Positions 10,247-20,315 of a DNA stretch of 64,000 nt are shown in pieces (position 1 is the first letter of the stretch; the number at the start of each line of letters is the position of its first letter). Location: the NCBI GenBank assembly GCA_963802945.1, contig CAWDKY010000025.1, positions 108,317 to 172,316 of the forward strand. The letters are read 5' to 3'. Origin of the DNA: an uncultured delta proteobacterium (GTDB lineage Bacteria > Desulfobacterota > RBG-13-43-22). Made by a program: the position numbers and the translations under genes. Under the pieces are notes generated by a model. It was not told the origin of the DNA. It saw only the letters and a list, made by a program, of their open reading frames with translations, and did not search any database.

Positions 10247-10674
10247 TTATAAGAGGGGATTACGAACCTTAAGAAAAACGAATTTCCGAAAATCCATGTC
10301 CGAGGTATATATAGTTTGAACTCCGTGTTGTAGTAATAAAGCAGCCAAGTGGGCATCAGGTACAAGATTTCCCCTTACAGGAAGCCGGGAATTCACATTT
10401 TTATAGATGGCTAAGAATCCTTCCTGCTCGGTTACAATACGTACCCGGGGTAATAATAATAGTTTTTCGATATTGCCTCATCAGGAGACAAAGGATGAGC
10501 AAAAATACTGGGATGGGTGGATATTCTCAAATAAGCCATTAGGGTTGCCCAGGCGATACAAAAAAGTTCCGGATCTTTCACACGGCTTTCAAGAAATTCA
10601 ATCGATGGGAGATAATACGGATTTTGTTGGTCCGAGGCATAGAGCAGAATATTGACATCCACCGAATAGCTCAA
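10247..10674 (-). pseudogene. vapC: PIN-domain VapC toxin with two frameshifts
   Basis: SVDVNILLYA...YLRISTHPSIF..PLSPDEA, then NIEKLLLLPRVRIVTEQEGF, then VRGNLVPDAHLAALLLQHGV..IYTSDMDFRKF..LKVRNPLL* in successive frames. Confidence 0.82.
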
Positions 10675-10910
10675 GGCTCGCTCCTATCCAAAATCCGATA
10701 AATGGTGTCTTTGTCGGAAAGGTCTACCCGGGCCTTCATGGGCCGTGAGGTCCATTTCAATGAAGGGGTTTTGATGGCCGCTTTTCTGGAGCCCAAGGCC
10801 TCCGCCAGAAGCCGGGAGATGATTTGGCCTAAGGATCGTCCTTCTTTTTTTTGGAGGTCCTTAATTTCTTTTAAAATAGGAGTTTCTATATCAACAGTTG
10901 TTCGTGTCAT
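10671..10910 (-). CDS. vapB: VapB-type antitoxin (RHH/CopG-like)
   Basis: MTRTTVDIE..ILKEIK.L...EGRSLGQIISRLL; overlaps the vapC start (ATGA). Confidence 0.85.
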   Translation of the reverse strand: MTRTTVDIETPILKEIKDLQKKEGRSLGQIISRLLAEALGSRKAAIKTPSLKWTSRPMKARVDLSDKDTIYRILDRSEP

Positions 10911-11007
10911 GATGATTAGATGATATCTATTATTGCATCAGATGTCAAGAAATATTTGTGGGATTGCGGATAAATCTGATTTTGAATTTAACGGTAGGTT
11001 GTATTAT

Positions 11008-11038
11008 GTAGGGTGGATGAAACGAAGTGCAACCTACC
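11008..11038 (+). repeat. GTAG-type REP sequence
   Basis: gtagggtggatgaaacgaagtgcaacctacc: GTAG followed by an imperfect palindrome. Confidence 0.6.
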
Positions 11039-11283
11039 ATAGCACCTGGAATCATTTTGGGGCCAAAAACGAGTCTGTAGGGGTTGAAAATGCTTATTTC
11101 TGGGACATCCAGACCCTATTCAAAATAGAAAACAAAAGTTGATGTACTTTTTTCTTGACATGTCCTTAATGTTTACGATAAGGGAATGTTATTCTTCATA
11201 GTTAGGTAGTTAGTCTTTCGGCTGTATAGGTTCTTGGTTTAAAACCCACAACCCGTACCAAGCAACATTACAAAGAAGGTCTC

Positions 11284-11586
11284 ATGAGCTTTTCATTGAT
11301 GGCCCATTTGTTGCGGAGCCCGCTATCCAGCCCGCCAGCCAGTTTATTTCTTCTTAAAGATAGACAATTTTCTAATCTCAAAATCCGTTCATGTTTTAAA
11401 TACAGCCAAAGGTTAGAGTTCTCTCTTGTCCATTATCCTTTTTATTCAAAAGGAACGGATCGCCCACTCTTTTTCAAAGGGACCCAGATAGAGAAAGGGG
11501 AATAACGGATTGTGCCGGGTGATGTAGTTCATATCCAGGAAGTAAAAATTAATTTCTGTTTAATAATAACTAATTGCTATCCCTAG
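11284..11586 (+). pseudogene. Possible degraded FHA-domain gene
   Basis: Reading through the TAA at 11503 gives LFFKGTQIEKGE*RIVPGDVVHIQEVKINF, which resembles the FHA C-terminal pattern (L..GD.I.I....I.F). Confidence 0.3.
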
Positions 11587-11617
11587 TTTATTTAAATTCT
11601 ACCAAAGGAGAGAGACC

Positions 11618-12556
11618 ATGATTTTAAAACGGAAAAGTATTTTCTTTGTAGCCATTATCATAATTTTTTCCCTGGGAGGCTGTTCAGCCCTTAATTCAGA
11701 ATCAAGAAAAGACGATTTTTTTTCCAAGCCGGAAAGAACAGTGGAAGATTTTGAAAAGGCGGGAAAATGGTGGGGCGCCCGTGATTTGAGCATGGGTCTC
11801 ATGGCCAACCAGTTAGACGAACCGCTAGTACAAGCCCTCATGGATTCTGATAAACTCAGCTTCTTTTGGGTTCATTCCGATTTAAAGGTGGCTTTTGTGA
11901 AGGGATACCGGTTTGGTTATCAAGAAAGGACGGCGGACCTGGTCTTAGGCCCCAATATCACTGAAGCAGCCGCTCGCATAGGCGGCGTCATGGCCAAACA
12001 GTTTGTAGGAGTCATAAACGCTTTTGAAGCAGGTTGGGCCGAGACGCTCAACCGGGCTATTCAGGTTTTCATTACCTTAATATCCGAGGGATCTCAAGCC
12101 GACCGAGAGAAGTTTATTCAACAATTTGTCAATGAATATTCTGTTAAATATAGGGATACGCAGGAAAAGCTAAAAAGAGGCGGGTTCATAACTCAGCAAT
12201 CGGAAGGTGGCACCTTGTTGTATATAGACGCGAGCAAGACACTCTCGGTTCTTGACATACCTAAGCCTGAGACCATTAAAACCGAGATTTACCATCAAAC
12301 CTTTAAAGTCATGGGGGATGAATGGGGAAGGCGTTTCAGCCATAATCTGATTAAAAGGGATGAGCTTATAGATCTGTTAAGAAGAAGTCGGACAGCGCTT
12401 AATGAAGTTTCCCCCCATCTGCAAGGCAATCTGATCATCATCCAAGACTCCTTTATAAACGCATACGGAACGGATGCCAATTATGTATTTAACGGATTGA
12501 TTAAGGATGCAGGATTCACGGAACACCCTGCGCCAATTCCTCCTAAAAGGAGATAG
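11618..12556 (+). CDS. Hypothetical lipoprotein (312 aa, mostly helical)
   Basis: Signal peptide with lipobox LGGC; AGGAG RBS; family not recognised. Confidence 0.8.
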   Translation: MILKRKSIFFVAIIIIFSLGGCSALNSESRKDDFFSKPERTVEDFEKAGKWWGARDLSMGLMANQLDEPLVQALMDSDKLSFFWVHSDLKVAFVKGYRFGYQERTADLVLGPNITEAAARIGGVMAKQFVGVINAFEAGWAETLNRAIQVFITLISEGSQADREKFIQQFVNEYSVKYRDTQEKLKRGGFITQQSEGGTLLYIDASKTLSVLDIPKPETIKTEIYHQTFKVMGDEWGRRFSHNLIKRDELIDLLRRSRTALNEVSPHLQGNLIIIQDSFINAYGTDANYVFNGLIKDAGFTEHPAPIPPKRR

Positions 12557-12560
12557 GGTC

Positions 12561-12677
12561 ATGGCACAAGAAAAAATCAAGTGTGGAAAATGTGGAACTG
12601 ATAATTGGGTTGATCCATTTAAGACTACCTCATGTAAGAAATGTGGGGCACCAATTAAAGGTACAAAAGCGAAATAA
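12561..12677 (+). CDS. 38-aa zinc-ribbon microprotein (not in ORF track)
   Basis: MAQEKIKCGKCGTDNWVDPFKTTSCKKCGAPIKGTKAK; two CxxC pairs; AGGAG RBS overlapping the end of the upstream gene. Confidence 0.75.
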   Translation: MAQEKIKCGKCGTDNWVDPFKTTSCKKCGAPIKGTKAK

Positions 12678-13020
12678 AAATTCTTAAAAGGGTGGAAGTC
12701 AACTGCCCACAGAACTGTATACTTAAAGGCTTCTGGGAACAACCGTTGCAGTGCATTATGAGCAGGTTCTGCCTTTCTACGAATCTCAGGATCTTAAGGT
12801 GAAGTATATACTCAGGCCGAGAATATTGTGGGTGATCTATGGTTCACCACTATAGATTTTTTCCGAAATCCGAGGACAGCATACTAATTTTAAAGTAGAG
12901 ATGGGATTTCCTTTAAGTAACGACTGAAAAAAGATAGGTCGACCTTAATTGGATTTAAGATTAATATGACTGACATCGGTCGATGTGAAATTACGCACCT
13001 GAAAAACTTTGGAGGTAAAC

Positions 13021-13182
13021 ATGATTAAAGTGGTTCTTATTTCATTTGTAATTCTTTTCGTTGCTTTTTTTGTCTTAAGAGGCGTTATGTTGTGGTATTG
13101 GAAAATTAATGAAATAGTCTCAAAACTTGACCTCATGTTATCTGAATTAAAGAAACTTTCAGACAGAAACTTGATCAAATAA
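13021..13182 (+). CDS. 53-aa single-TM small membrane protein (not in ORF track)
   Basis: MIKVVLISFVILFVAFFVLRGVMLWYWKINEIVSKLD...; GGAGGT RBS. Confidence 0.7.
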   Translation: MIKVVLISFVILFVAFFVLRGVMLWYWKINEIVSKLDLMLSELKKLSDRNLIK

Positions 13183-13202
13183 CAATAGAGAGAGGTTGCA
13201 TC

Positions 13203-14318
13203 ATGGGCGTGGGAATCAAACCGGAGGCATTAAAAAAAATATTGATACCTGCTGGTATTACATTAGGGGTTATCCTTATCATCGGGTTATTAATTTACAT
13301 GCTTGCAATACCCTTTAACATCCTCATTATTGGAAAATTATATAGCAATATTGTGGCAAGAATCGTAAATCTGACGGGTATAAACCAATGGCTTGTAAAG
13401 GGTATTGTAATAATAGCCCTTATACCGCTTATTTGGGTAATCCCACATCTCTATTGGGGTAAATATAAGAAAAGTGCAAGGGCTATTGCTCTTCTATATT
13501 TTGGTGTCTTTTTTCTGTCCTTATTTTTTCTAAGCAAAGACATAAACTTTGCCCATTCGGGTTCAGATCAAATCAAGAAATGGTATGCGCTTACACCCGA
13601 AGGAGTAAAATTTTATGATTCGGCTGGGGTTGACACTGACTATGGTATTACCTTAAGACCCGTGACGCCGGAAGTTATTAGGAATTTAAAATTACTTCAG
13701 AAGGGCGATTTTAAGCCTATTAACCCTGCCAATGCGCAATTTTTCAATCCTATTACTGGAGCAGCACAAGTCTGGTTCTATAAATATCCTGATGGAAATT
13801 ATGAATTTTATGATAAGCCGGGTTATCATCCGATTACCGGGGAACCTCTACAGGCTGCAACCAAGAATGTATATTTGGAATGGAAGGAAAAACAGCATGC
13901 TCGCCTACAAAGACGTGCCATTGATAGTTGGGAGGTCAGTATAGATAAACGCTCTTGGCGGCCGGTGTCACTCCCGGATACAAACTGGGGTTGTAACTAT
14001 TGTACAAGATACTACCGTTCTAACTTTGATGGAAAGCCAAATAAAATAAAATTTCGTTGGGCTTCAGATAATAAAGCTCGCTTGATCGTTAATGATGCTA
14101 TAGCTTTTGATGAATTCTGGAGACCATATTATTGTACAGATGCGCCATGCTGCTTGAAGTGTTGCGATAACTATAATAATTGTATGAGTAGTCTATCAGT
14201 ATGGCGCGAGTTGGACACGTCACTATTTTCTGACAAGCAGAATGTGATTATCTGGGAGGTTTATCAGGAGGAGGGTGGCTCAGGGTTCTATGTGGAGATG
14301 GTTCAAGGAGAGAAATAA
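13203..14318 (+). CDS. Hypothetical membrane protein: about 3 TM helices, internal WY..FYD..G repeat, Cys-rich C-terminal domain
   Basis: Hydrophobic N-terminus; WYALTPEGVKFYDSAG / WFYKYPDGNYEFYDKPG; CNYC and YYCTDAPCCLKCCDNYNNC. Confidence 0.8.
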   Translation: MGVGIKPEALKKILIPAGITLGVILIIGLLIYMLAIPFNILIIGKLYSNIVARIVNLTGINQWLVKGIVIIALIPLIWVIPHLYWGKYKKSARAIALLYFGVFFLSLFFLSKDINFAHSGSDQIKKWYALTPEGVKFYDSAGVDTDYGITLRPVTPEVIRNLKLLQKGDFKPINPANAQFFNPITGAAQVWFYKYPDGNYEFYDKPGYHPITGEPLQAATKNVYLEWKEKQHARLQRRAIDSWEVSIDKRSWRPVSLPDTNWGCNYCTRYYRSNFDGKPNKIKFRWASDNKARLIVNDAIAFDEFWRPYYCTDAPCCLKCCDNYNNCMSSLSVWRELDTSLFSDKQNVIIWEVYQEEGGSGFYVEMVQGEK

Positions 14319-14340
14319 TTAGATATTATGCTAGATTGTC

Positions 14341-14455
14341 TGAGGTGGTCCCAAAAAACTGGACAATATGATAAGCTCTGAGTTAACCTAAAAGAAGAAG
14401 GCGGCTTTGGCTAAAAAGGAGCGATGACACCTCAATTTCAAGGCCGAGGTAGTCC
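14341..14455 (+). mobile_element. IS3-family relic (left end plus OrfA fragment)
   Basis: TG-starting end TGAGGTGGTCCCAAAAAACTGGACA followed by LAKKER*HLNFKAEVV, resembling the IS3 OrfA N-terminus. Confidence 0.6.
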
Positions 14456-14781
14456 AACCATTTCTTCCACATTTCCGTAATCATTATTTTTTAGATTCCA
14501 GCCCCCAAACAAGACTTGTAGTGAAAGAGGACGTTGTCCTCTTGATTCAGAAAACTATTTACAAGAATAGGTGCATAGATGTTTTTTTTTAAAAGAGCCC
14601 TTCCCAGACCCTTCTTTCCTGTCCAAAGGGATACTCACTGCGTTTGGTTTTACTGCCCAACACCATCATCCTTTTTTTTCAGATCGTAAGGAACCTATTT
14701 GGGAATACTTTTATGAGTGGGATCCCCGGTCCGAGCAAATGAAGTCCAGGTATCCATAATTTTCTCTTTGCTGCTTTGATG

Positions 14782-14810
14782 TTGACAATTTGGAAACAGC
14801 TTAATATATT
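14782..14810 (+). promoter_or_regulatory. Sigma70-type promoter upstream of MFS gene
   Basis: TTGACA-17 nt-TATATT. Confidence 0.55.
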
Positions 14811-15051
14811 TTAAACATTCCACAGACCAAGGGCAATCAAGGTCGGAGGAATCGGATTGCGGCTCTTCAATGGATTAAACCAAACCCGATACAATTCTTT
14901 GTAAATCCGCAGCGTTTAACTACATCCGATAAAAACAACTTGATAAACAAGATTAATCGGGATCGATTTTATTCCGATTATTTTTGTATTTGCCGATTTA
15001 AAGTGATCAGGCTGGAAGTGCTTTATCGTCATCTGAAAGGAACGGGTTGTT

Positions 15052-16371
15052 TTGACCAAGGAAAAGGAATCGTCAGGAATGTTCTTCGGCTGGTGGACGG
15101 TTTTAGCCAGTGGATTTTTGTGTCTCTGGGGTTTCGGATATAACGCTTACGGAATTTCCGCCTTATTCAAACCCATAGCTTCGGAATTAGGCTTCAACAG
15201 GGCTAATACCTCGATTGCCGCCGGTATCGGAAGATTTCAGGGGGGATTTGAGGCCCCTATCGCCGGCTGGATCACGGACCGGTTCGGTCCCAAGTGGATT
15301 GTCTTTATCGGAATACTTATAGCCGCTATCAGTCTGCTGTTGATGGCTTTTATCCATTCCCTTTGGTCCTTTCTTCTGGTCTGGGGCCTGTTGTTTGGTA
15401 CAGGCATCAACACCGCCTTGGCCATTCCACTCGATACGGCCATCACTAACTGGTTTGTTAAAAAAAGGGGTGTGGCCCTCAGTATCAAGTGGGTGTTTTC
15501 CGGAATCTCCGGAGCAATCATTCTGCCTATGATCGCCTGGCTCATCCCCCTTGTAGGATGGCGGACTACCTGCGTCATAGGCGGGGTGGTGATGTGCGTA
15601 GTCGGTTTGCCCCTGGTTTTGTTTTTCTTGAAGTCCAACCGTCCCGAATACTATGGACTCCTCCCCGATGGCGCCAAGATCAGAGAAGAAATTAAAGATC
15701 AGAACTTCATGATCAATAAGGGAATAGAATATGCCGCTGAGGTCCAGGAAGTGGAGTTTACCCTAAGGCAGGCCATGAAAACACCCGCCTTCTGGTGGTT
15801 AATAGTCGTTCAAGCCATCTATGGTTTGGTGGCGCCGGCCATTAACATTCATTGCATCCCTTTTTTAACCGACAGGGGCATCAGTCCGTTTACAGCGGCG
15901 ATCTTGATGGCCCTGATGATCGCTGTCAGCATTCCAGCCAGATATGTTGGAGGATTATTATCCGATCGTGTACAAATAGGACAAATGCGACATGTTATTG
16001 CCGGGTCCTATGTCATGCAGGCGGTGGGTATGGGCGTTTATATGCTGCATCAAACAGAAGCCATGATTTATGTCTGGTTTATTCTTTACGGATTCGGCAT
16101 GGGTGCAGCCCTAACCCTTAATACCTCCATCAGGGCACGTTACTACGGGCGTAAGGCCTTCGGCACCATCCAGGGAATTTCCTCGCTGTTCCTGACACCG
16201 GTGGGAGTGGCTGCCCCTATTTATGCCGGCTGGGTCTATGACTCCACCGGCGCCTATACCAGCGCTTTTTGGTTATTTACCATACTGTTGGTGATTTCAT
16301 CGGTCATTTTGCCCTTCGTTCGACCTCCGAAGGCGCCTGCTGTCATATCCGATATCCTCTCCATCGCTTGA
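15052..16371 (+). CDS. MFS transporter (OFA/monocarboxylate-like)
   Basis: About 12 TM segments, GWITDRFGPK motif A, WFVKKRGVA. Confidence 0.9.
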   Translation: MTKEKESSGMFFGWWTVLASGFLCLWGFGYNAYGISALFKPIASELGFNRANTSIAAGIGRFQGGFEAPIAGWITDRFGPKWIVFIGILIAAISLLLMAFIHSLWSFLLVWGLLFGTGINTALAIPLDTAITNWFVKKRGVALSIKWVFSGISGAIILPMIAWLIPLVGWRTTCVIGGVVMCVVGLPLVLFFLKSNRPEYYGLLPDGAKIREEIKDQNFMINKGIEYAAEVQEVEFTLRQAMKTPAFWWLIVVQAIYGLVAPAINIHCIPFLTDRGISPFTAAILMALMIAVSIPARYVGGLLSDRVQIGQMRHVIAGSYVMQAVGMGVYMLHQTEAMIYVWFILYGFGMGAALTLNTSIRARYYGRKAFGTIQGISSLFLTPVGVAAPIYAGWVYDSTGAYTSAFWLFTILLVISSVILPFVRPPKAPAVISDILSIA

Positions 16372-16526
16372 TTTTAACTGGTTCTCATCAGAAAAGGATT
16401 TCTTTCGGATGAGTGATCTCAGTTGATTGCATTCAACTTAAAGGGGAATCATCTAAAAGACTATGGGTTGACTGATGGATGACGGCTGTTGGCTTTTTCC
16501 GGAAAATTTCGATTTCCAGATGGATA

Positions 16527-17720
16527 CTAAATAATTTTAGATTCCCTCAGTTGTCGGATTTTTTCCTCGCTGAATCCCAGCCGGGACGAGAGGATATCAT
16601 CGGTATCAGCTCCCAATTCCGGTGCCCCTTTATCGATTTTGCAGGGTGTCCTGGAAAATTTTATAGGCGTGCCCGCAATCTTGTGTCTCCCGGCCTGGGG
16701 GTGATCCACTTCGACAATCATTTCTCTGAAATTGACCTGAGGATCCTCTACAACCTCTTCTATCGTATTGATCGGGGCATACATCACCTCATGGGCTTCA
16801 AAAAGATCCACCCATTCCTGATAGGTCCGGGTCCGCATCAACGCTGTCATTTCCGGATTAAATTGCTGGTAGTTTTTAAGACGAAGGCCTTTTGTCTTAT
16901 ATCGTTCATCGTTAATCCACTCTTTTTTTCCGGCCGCCTGGCAGAAATTCTCCCAGAGTTTTTCAGAATTGGCGACAACAATGATCGGTTTATCCAGGGT
17001 TTCGTAGGCTTGAAATGGTGTGGATAAGGGATGACGTGATCCCAGAGGTCTTGAAATTTCCCCGGTACCGAGGTATCTGGCAATAGCATTTTCACATAGC
17101 GCCACCTGGCTGTCCAACATGGACACATCCACCCATTGCCCCTCTCCACTCTTTTCCCGTTCAATCAAGGCCGCCAGGATACCTGTGGCGGCAAATATGC
17201 CTGCCGCCATGTCGCCGATGGAATAGCCCACACGAACATGGGGCGAACCGGGTTTTTCTGGTCCTGTAATACTAACGACACCCCCCATGCCCTGGGCAAT
17301 CATATCATAAGCCGGTTTGTGGGAATAAGGTCCTGTTTGGCCGAATCCGGAGATGGAGGCATAGACCAGATTAGGATTTATTTTTCGAATGGTCTCATAA
17401 TCCAAACCTAATCGTTTCATAACCCCGGGACGGAAGTTTTCCGTGACCACGTCAACCTGTTTGACCAGATCAAAAACGATCTTTTTGGCTTTTTCTTTTT
17501 TCAGATCCAGGGTGACACTTTTTTTTCCGCGGTTGACGCTTAAAAAATAAGTGCCAATGCCATTGATTTTATGGGAGCTATATCGGGTTTGGTCTCCCTC
17601 GCCAATGCTTTCAATTTTTATGATCTCAGCCCCCATGTCTCCGAGGATCATGGTACAAAAGGGGCCTGATAAAGCCGTGCAAAAACTCAATACGTTTATT
17701 CCTTCTAAAGGTCCGGCCAT
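16527..17720 (-). CDS. Class III CoA transferase (CaiB/BaiF)
   Basis: GPLEGINV, NRGKKSVTLDLK, ENFRPG, ISGFGQTGPY, GD(M)AAG. Confidence 0.93.
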   Translation of the reverse strand: MAGPLEGINVLSFCTALSGPFCTMILGDMGAEIIKIESIGEGDQTRYSSHKINGIGTYFLSVNRGKKSVTLDLKKEKAKKIVFDLVKQVDVVTENFRPGVMKRLGLDYETIRKINPNLVYASISGFGQTGPYSHKPAYDMIAQGMGGVVSITGPEKPGSPHVRVGYSIGDMAAGIFAATGILAALIEREKSGEGQWVDVSMLDSQVALCENAIARYLGTGEISRPLGSRHPLSTPFQAYETLDKPIIVVANSEKLWENFCQAAGKKEWINDERYKTKGLRLKNYQQFNPEMTALMRTRTYQEWVDLFEAHEVMYAPINTIEEVVEDPQVNFREMIVEVDHPQAGRHKIAGTPIKFSRTPCKIDKGAPELGADTDDILSSRLGFSEEKIRQLRESKII

Positions 17721-17799
17721 ACTTCGTCTCTCCTTTTCTCTATTCCTGAAAATTTTTCTCTAAGTGTTATCTTCTCGAGGTCACCAGCTCATGCTGGGC

Positions 17800-17844
17800 G
17801 ATACTAGATGCTTGATATAAATCCAGTATCCAGTATCCAGTATC
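17800..17844. repeat. Heptamer tandem-repeat hairpin (GATACTAG / ATCCAGT)
   Basis: gatactagatgcttgata then atccagt-atccagt-atccagt-atc. Confidence 0.65.
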
Positions 17845-17851
17845 GGACTGT

Positions 17852-18646
17852 TCAGGCTCCTTTAAAAACCGGCCTCCTTTTTTCTGCAAAGGCTCGTTTG
17901 GCCTCTTCATGGTCATCGCTGACGGCAGCCTGTATTCTCAGCGAGTGGAAGGTTTCAATATCTCCGGCCGAAGAAACGGGGTTTTCGGCAAGCCGGCTGA
18001 GTATATATTTAGAGCCGCACAGCGAGAGCGGAGCGCATTTGGTTATTTCATCGGCCATTCCATAGGTGTAGGCCTCCAATTGATCGTGATCCACCAAATG
18101 GTTTACCAGGCCCATAGTCAGACATTCCTGACTATCATAGGTACGGCCGGTTAGAAATATTTCCAGAGCCGTACTGTATCCCAGCACATTTAAAAAGCGC
18201 CTGAATCCCCGGTAGCTTGAAATCAAACCCATTCTAGATGTAGGGATTCCCATTTTAACGTTTTTTGAAGCGATTCGAATATCACAAGCCATGGCCAGGA
18301 CGCATCCTGCTCCCAGCGTGTAGCCATAAAGCATAGCGATAACGGGAAATGGGAACATCTGGATGGCTTCAGAAGCCATTTGGGAGTCCCCTTGGTCTTT
18401 CCTGGCCTCAACCGAATCTCCTCTTCTGGGCATGGCCGTAATATCCGCACCCGCGGAAAAGGCCTCCTCTCCGGTCCCCCGGAGTATCACCACTCGGATG
18501 TTTTTATCCTGAGATAGTTCTTTAAAGGTTTGGGTGATCGTAAAAAGACAGTCGGGGTTGAGGGCATTGTGTTTCTCCGGATTGTTGATGATCAGGGTAC
18601 ATACGGGTCCCTCTTTGACGACAATTAAATTTTTCTTCTCCTCCAT
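17852..18646 (-). CDS. Enoyl-CoA hydratase/isomerase
   Basis: NNPEKHNALN, AFSAGADI, PVIAM..G...GAG..LAMACDIR, AFAEKRRPVFKG. Confidence 0.92.
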   Translation of the reverse strand: MEEKKNLIVVKEGPVCTLIINNPEKHNALNPDCLFTITQTFKELSQDKNIRVVILRGTGEEAFSAGADITAMPRRGDSVEARKDQGDSQMASEAIQMFPFPVIAMLYGYTLGAGCVLAMACDIRIASKNVKMGIPTSRMGLISSYRGFRRFLNVLGYSTALEIFLTGRTYDSQECLTMGLVNHLVDHDQLEAYTYGMADEITKCAPLSLCGSKYILSRLAENPVSSAGDIETFHSLRIQAAVSDDHEEAKRAFAEKRRPVFKGA

Positions 18647-18800
18647 GGGCTTTCCTTTTTATGACTTTTTTATAAATTGACTTGGCGAGAAAAATGATTT
18701 CAAATATAAAAAAAGGATAGGTTATATTTAGATTTATATTTTTAAGTCTGATGTGATGTCAAGTAAAAATAAAGTGGATATGAAGGAGGAAACGGCGGCT

Positions 18801-19994
18801 ATGCAACCTTTGTCGGGAATACGGATTCTGGATTTGTCGCGTATGGTGGCCGGCGCCTATTGTTCCCTGATCCTAGGCGATCTGGGGGCCGAGGTGATTA
18901 AAATCGAACAACCTAAGATAGGAGACGATACCCGCCAATGGGGGCCACCCTACATTAACGGGGAGAGCGCTTATTTTCTTTGCATCAACCGGAACAAACA
19001 AAGCCTGACTCTTGATTTTCGGAAGGATAAGGCCAAGGAAATTTTTCTCAGTCTCGTCCGGCAATCCGACGTGGTGATCGAGAATTTTCGTGCCGGGTTC
19101 ATGGAGAAATACGGATTAGGTTATCAGGAGCTCAAGAAAATAAAACCGGATCTGATTTACTGTTCGATCACCGGCTACGGAAGATCCGGACCCTATAAAG
19201 ACCGGCCGGCAACCGACACGGCCATCCAGGCCATGGGAGGTCTCTTCGGCCTGGTCGGCGAGGCTAAGGGGAAACCCTATCGGGTCCCATTACCCATGAT
19301 AGATATGGCCTCAGGCCTCTATGCCCACGGGGCTATTTTAGCTTGCCTGATCAGGCGTGGTCAAGACAAGCAGTCCCATTTCATCGAGGTCTCTCTGATG
19401 GACAATATGCTTTCCCTTCTGCTGAACTTTGGGAGCAACTACCTCTTGACCGGTCAGGTTGAAGAGCGCCAAGGCAATGCCAGTCCCAGCATCGTTCCCT
19501 CAAACGTATTTGAGACCAAAGATCGCCATGTGTTTTTAACTGCCAGCAACGACACCCGATTTAGAAAACTCTGCCAAACCATCGGTCTGGGGCATTTGGC
19601 TGACGATTCGCGATTCACTACAACAGGAGCCCGAATGGAAAACCGTCTGGAATTAGAGAAACTGATCCAGGAAAGGCTGAAAGAGAAGACGGTTGGTGAA
19701 TGGATGGAGTTAATGTATGAAAATGGAGAAGGGATCCCCTTCGCTCCTATCAGAACCCTGGACGAGGTCTTCCAGGACCCCCAGGTCATGGCCCGGGGTA
19801 TCGTCCAGGAAATCCAACATTCGTTGATCGGGACACTGCGGATGATCGGGCCGACCGTTTTATACGACCAGATTCGGGGCCGCGTCCAAATGCCGCCCCC
19901 CAGGTTGGGTGAACACAATCGGGAAATACTGAAAAAATTTCTGGGGTATGATGAAGAACAGATCGGACGACTGGAAAAGGATGGGGTGATTTGA
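18801..19994 (+). CDS. Class III CoA transferase (CaiB/BaiF)
   Basis: PLSGIRILDLSR, GDDTRQWGPP, NRNKQSLTLD, ITGYGRSGPY; AGGAGG RBS before 18801. Confidence 0.93.
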   Translation: MQPLSGIRILDLSRMVAGAYCSLILGDLGAEVIKIEQPKIGDDTRQWGPPYINGESAYFLCINRNKQSLTLDFRKDKAKEIFLSLVRQSDVVIENFRAGFMEKYGLGYQELKKIKPDLIYCSITGYGRSGPYKDRPATDTAIQAMGGLFGLVGEAKGKPYRVPLPMIDMASGLYAHGAILACLIRRGQDKQSHFIEVSLMDNMLSLLLNFGSNYLLTGQVEERQGNASPSIVPSNVFETKDRHVFLTASNDTRFRKLCQTIGLGHLADDSRFTTTGARMENRLELEKLIQERLKEKTVGEWMELMYENGEGIPFAPIRTLDEVFQDPQVMARGIVQEIQHSLIGTLRMIGPTVLYDQIRGRVQMPPPRLGEHNREILKKFLGYDEEQIGRLEKDGVI

Positions 19995-20215
19995 ACATAA
20001 TAGGGAAGCGACTAAACTCATGAAAGAGGACATCGACATCCACATCCAGGTCAGTTTTTATTCACTCTTACGATTTATAAATTATATTTTGGGCAGCAGG
20101 CCCTAACGATTTGACCCTACTACCCCTTTTGATGGCAGGGATTGGATGTCCCTGCCTCTTGATTCTTTCGGGTTCCCAAATAATTTTTGGATCATAAATA
20201 ATTGGTTAGAATAAG

Positions 20216-20310
20216 CTGGGGATACTTCCCGGATTAAATCAGTATCAATGAAATAAGGAAGTGCCTCTGGGTTTTCCTCCCTTTGTCCTTTTTCAAGGGC
20301 TGACCCCGTT
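20216..20310. repeat. REP-like GGGGA(C/T)ACTTC...GAAGTG palindromic element plus a GGGGTCAGCCCTTG motif (left island boundary)
   Basis: ctggggatacttcc...aggaagtgcctctggg; minus-strand aacggggtcagcccttga right after the stop of the 20316 ORF. Confidence 0.5.
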
Positions 20311-20315
20311 GCCTC

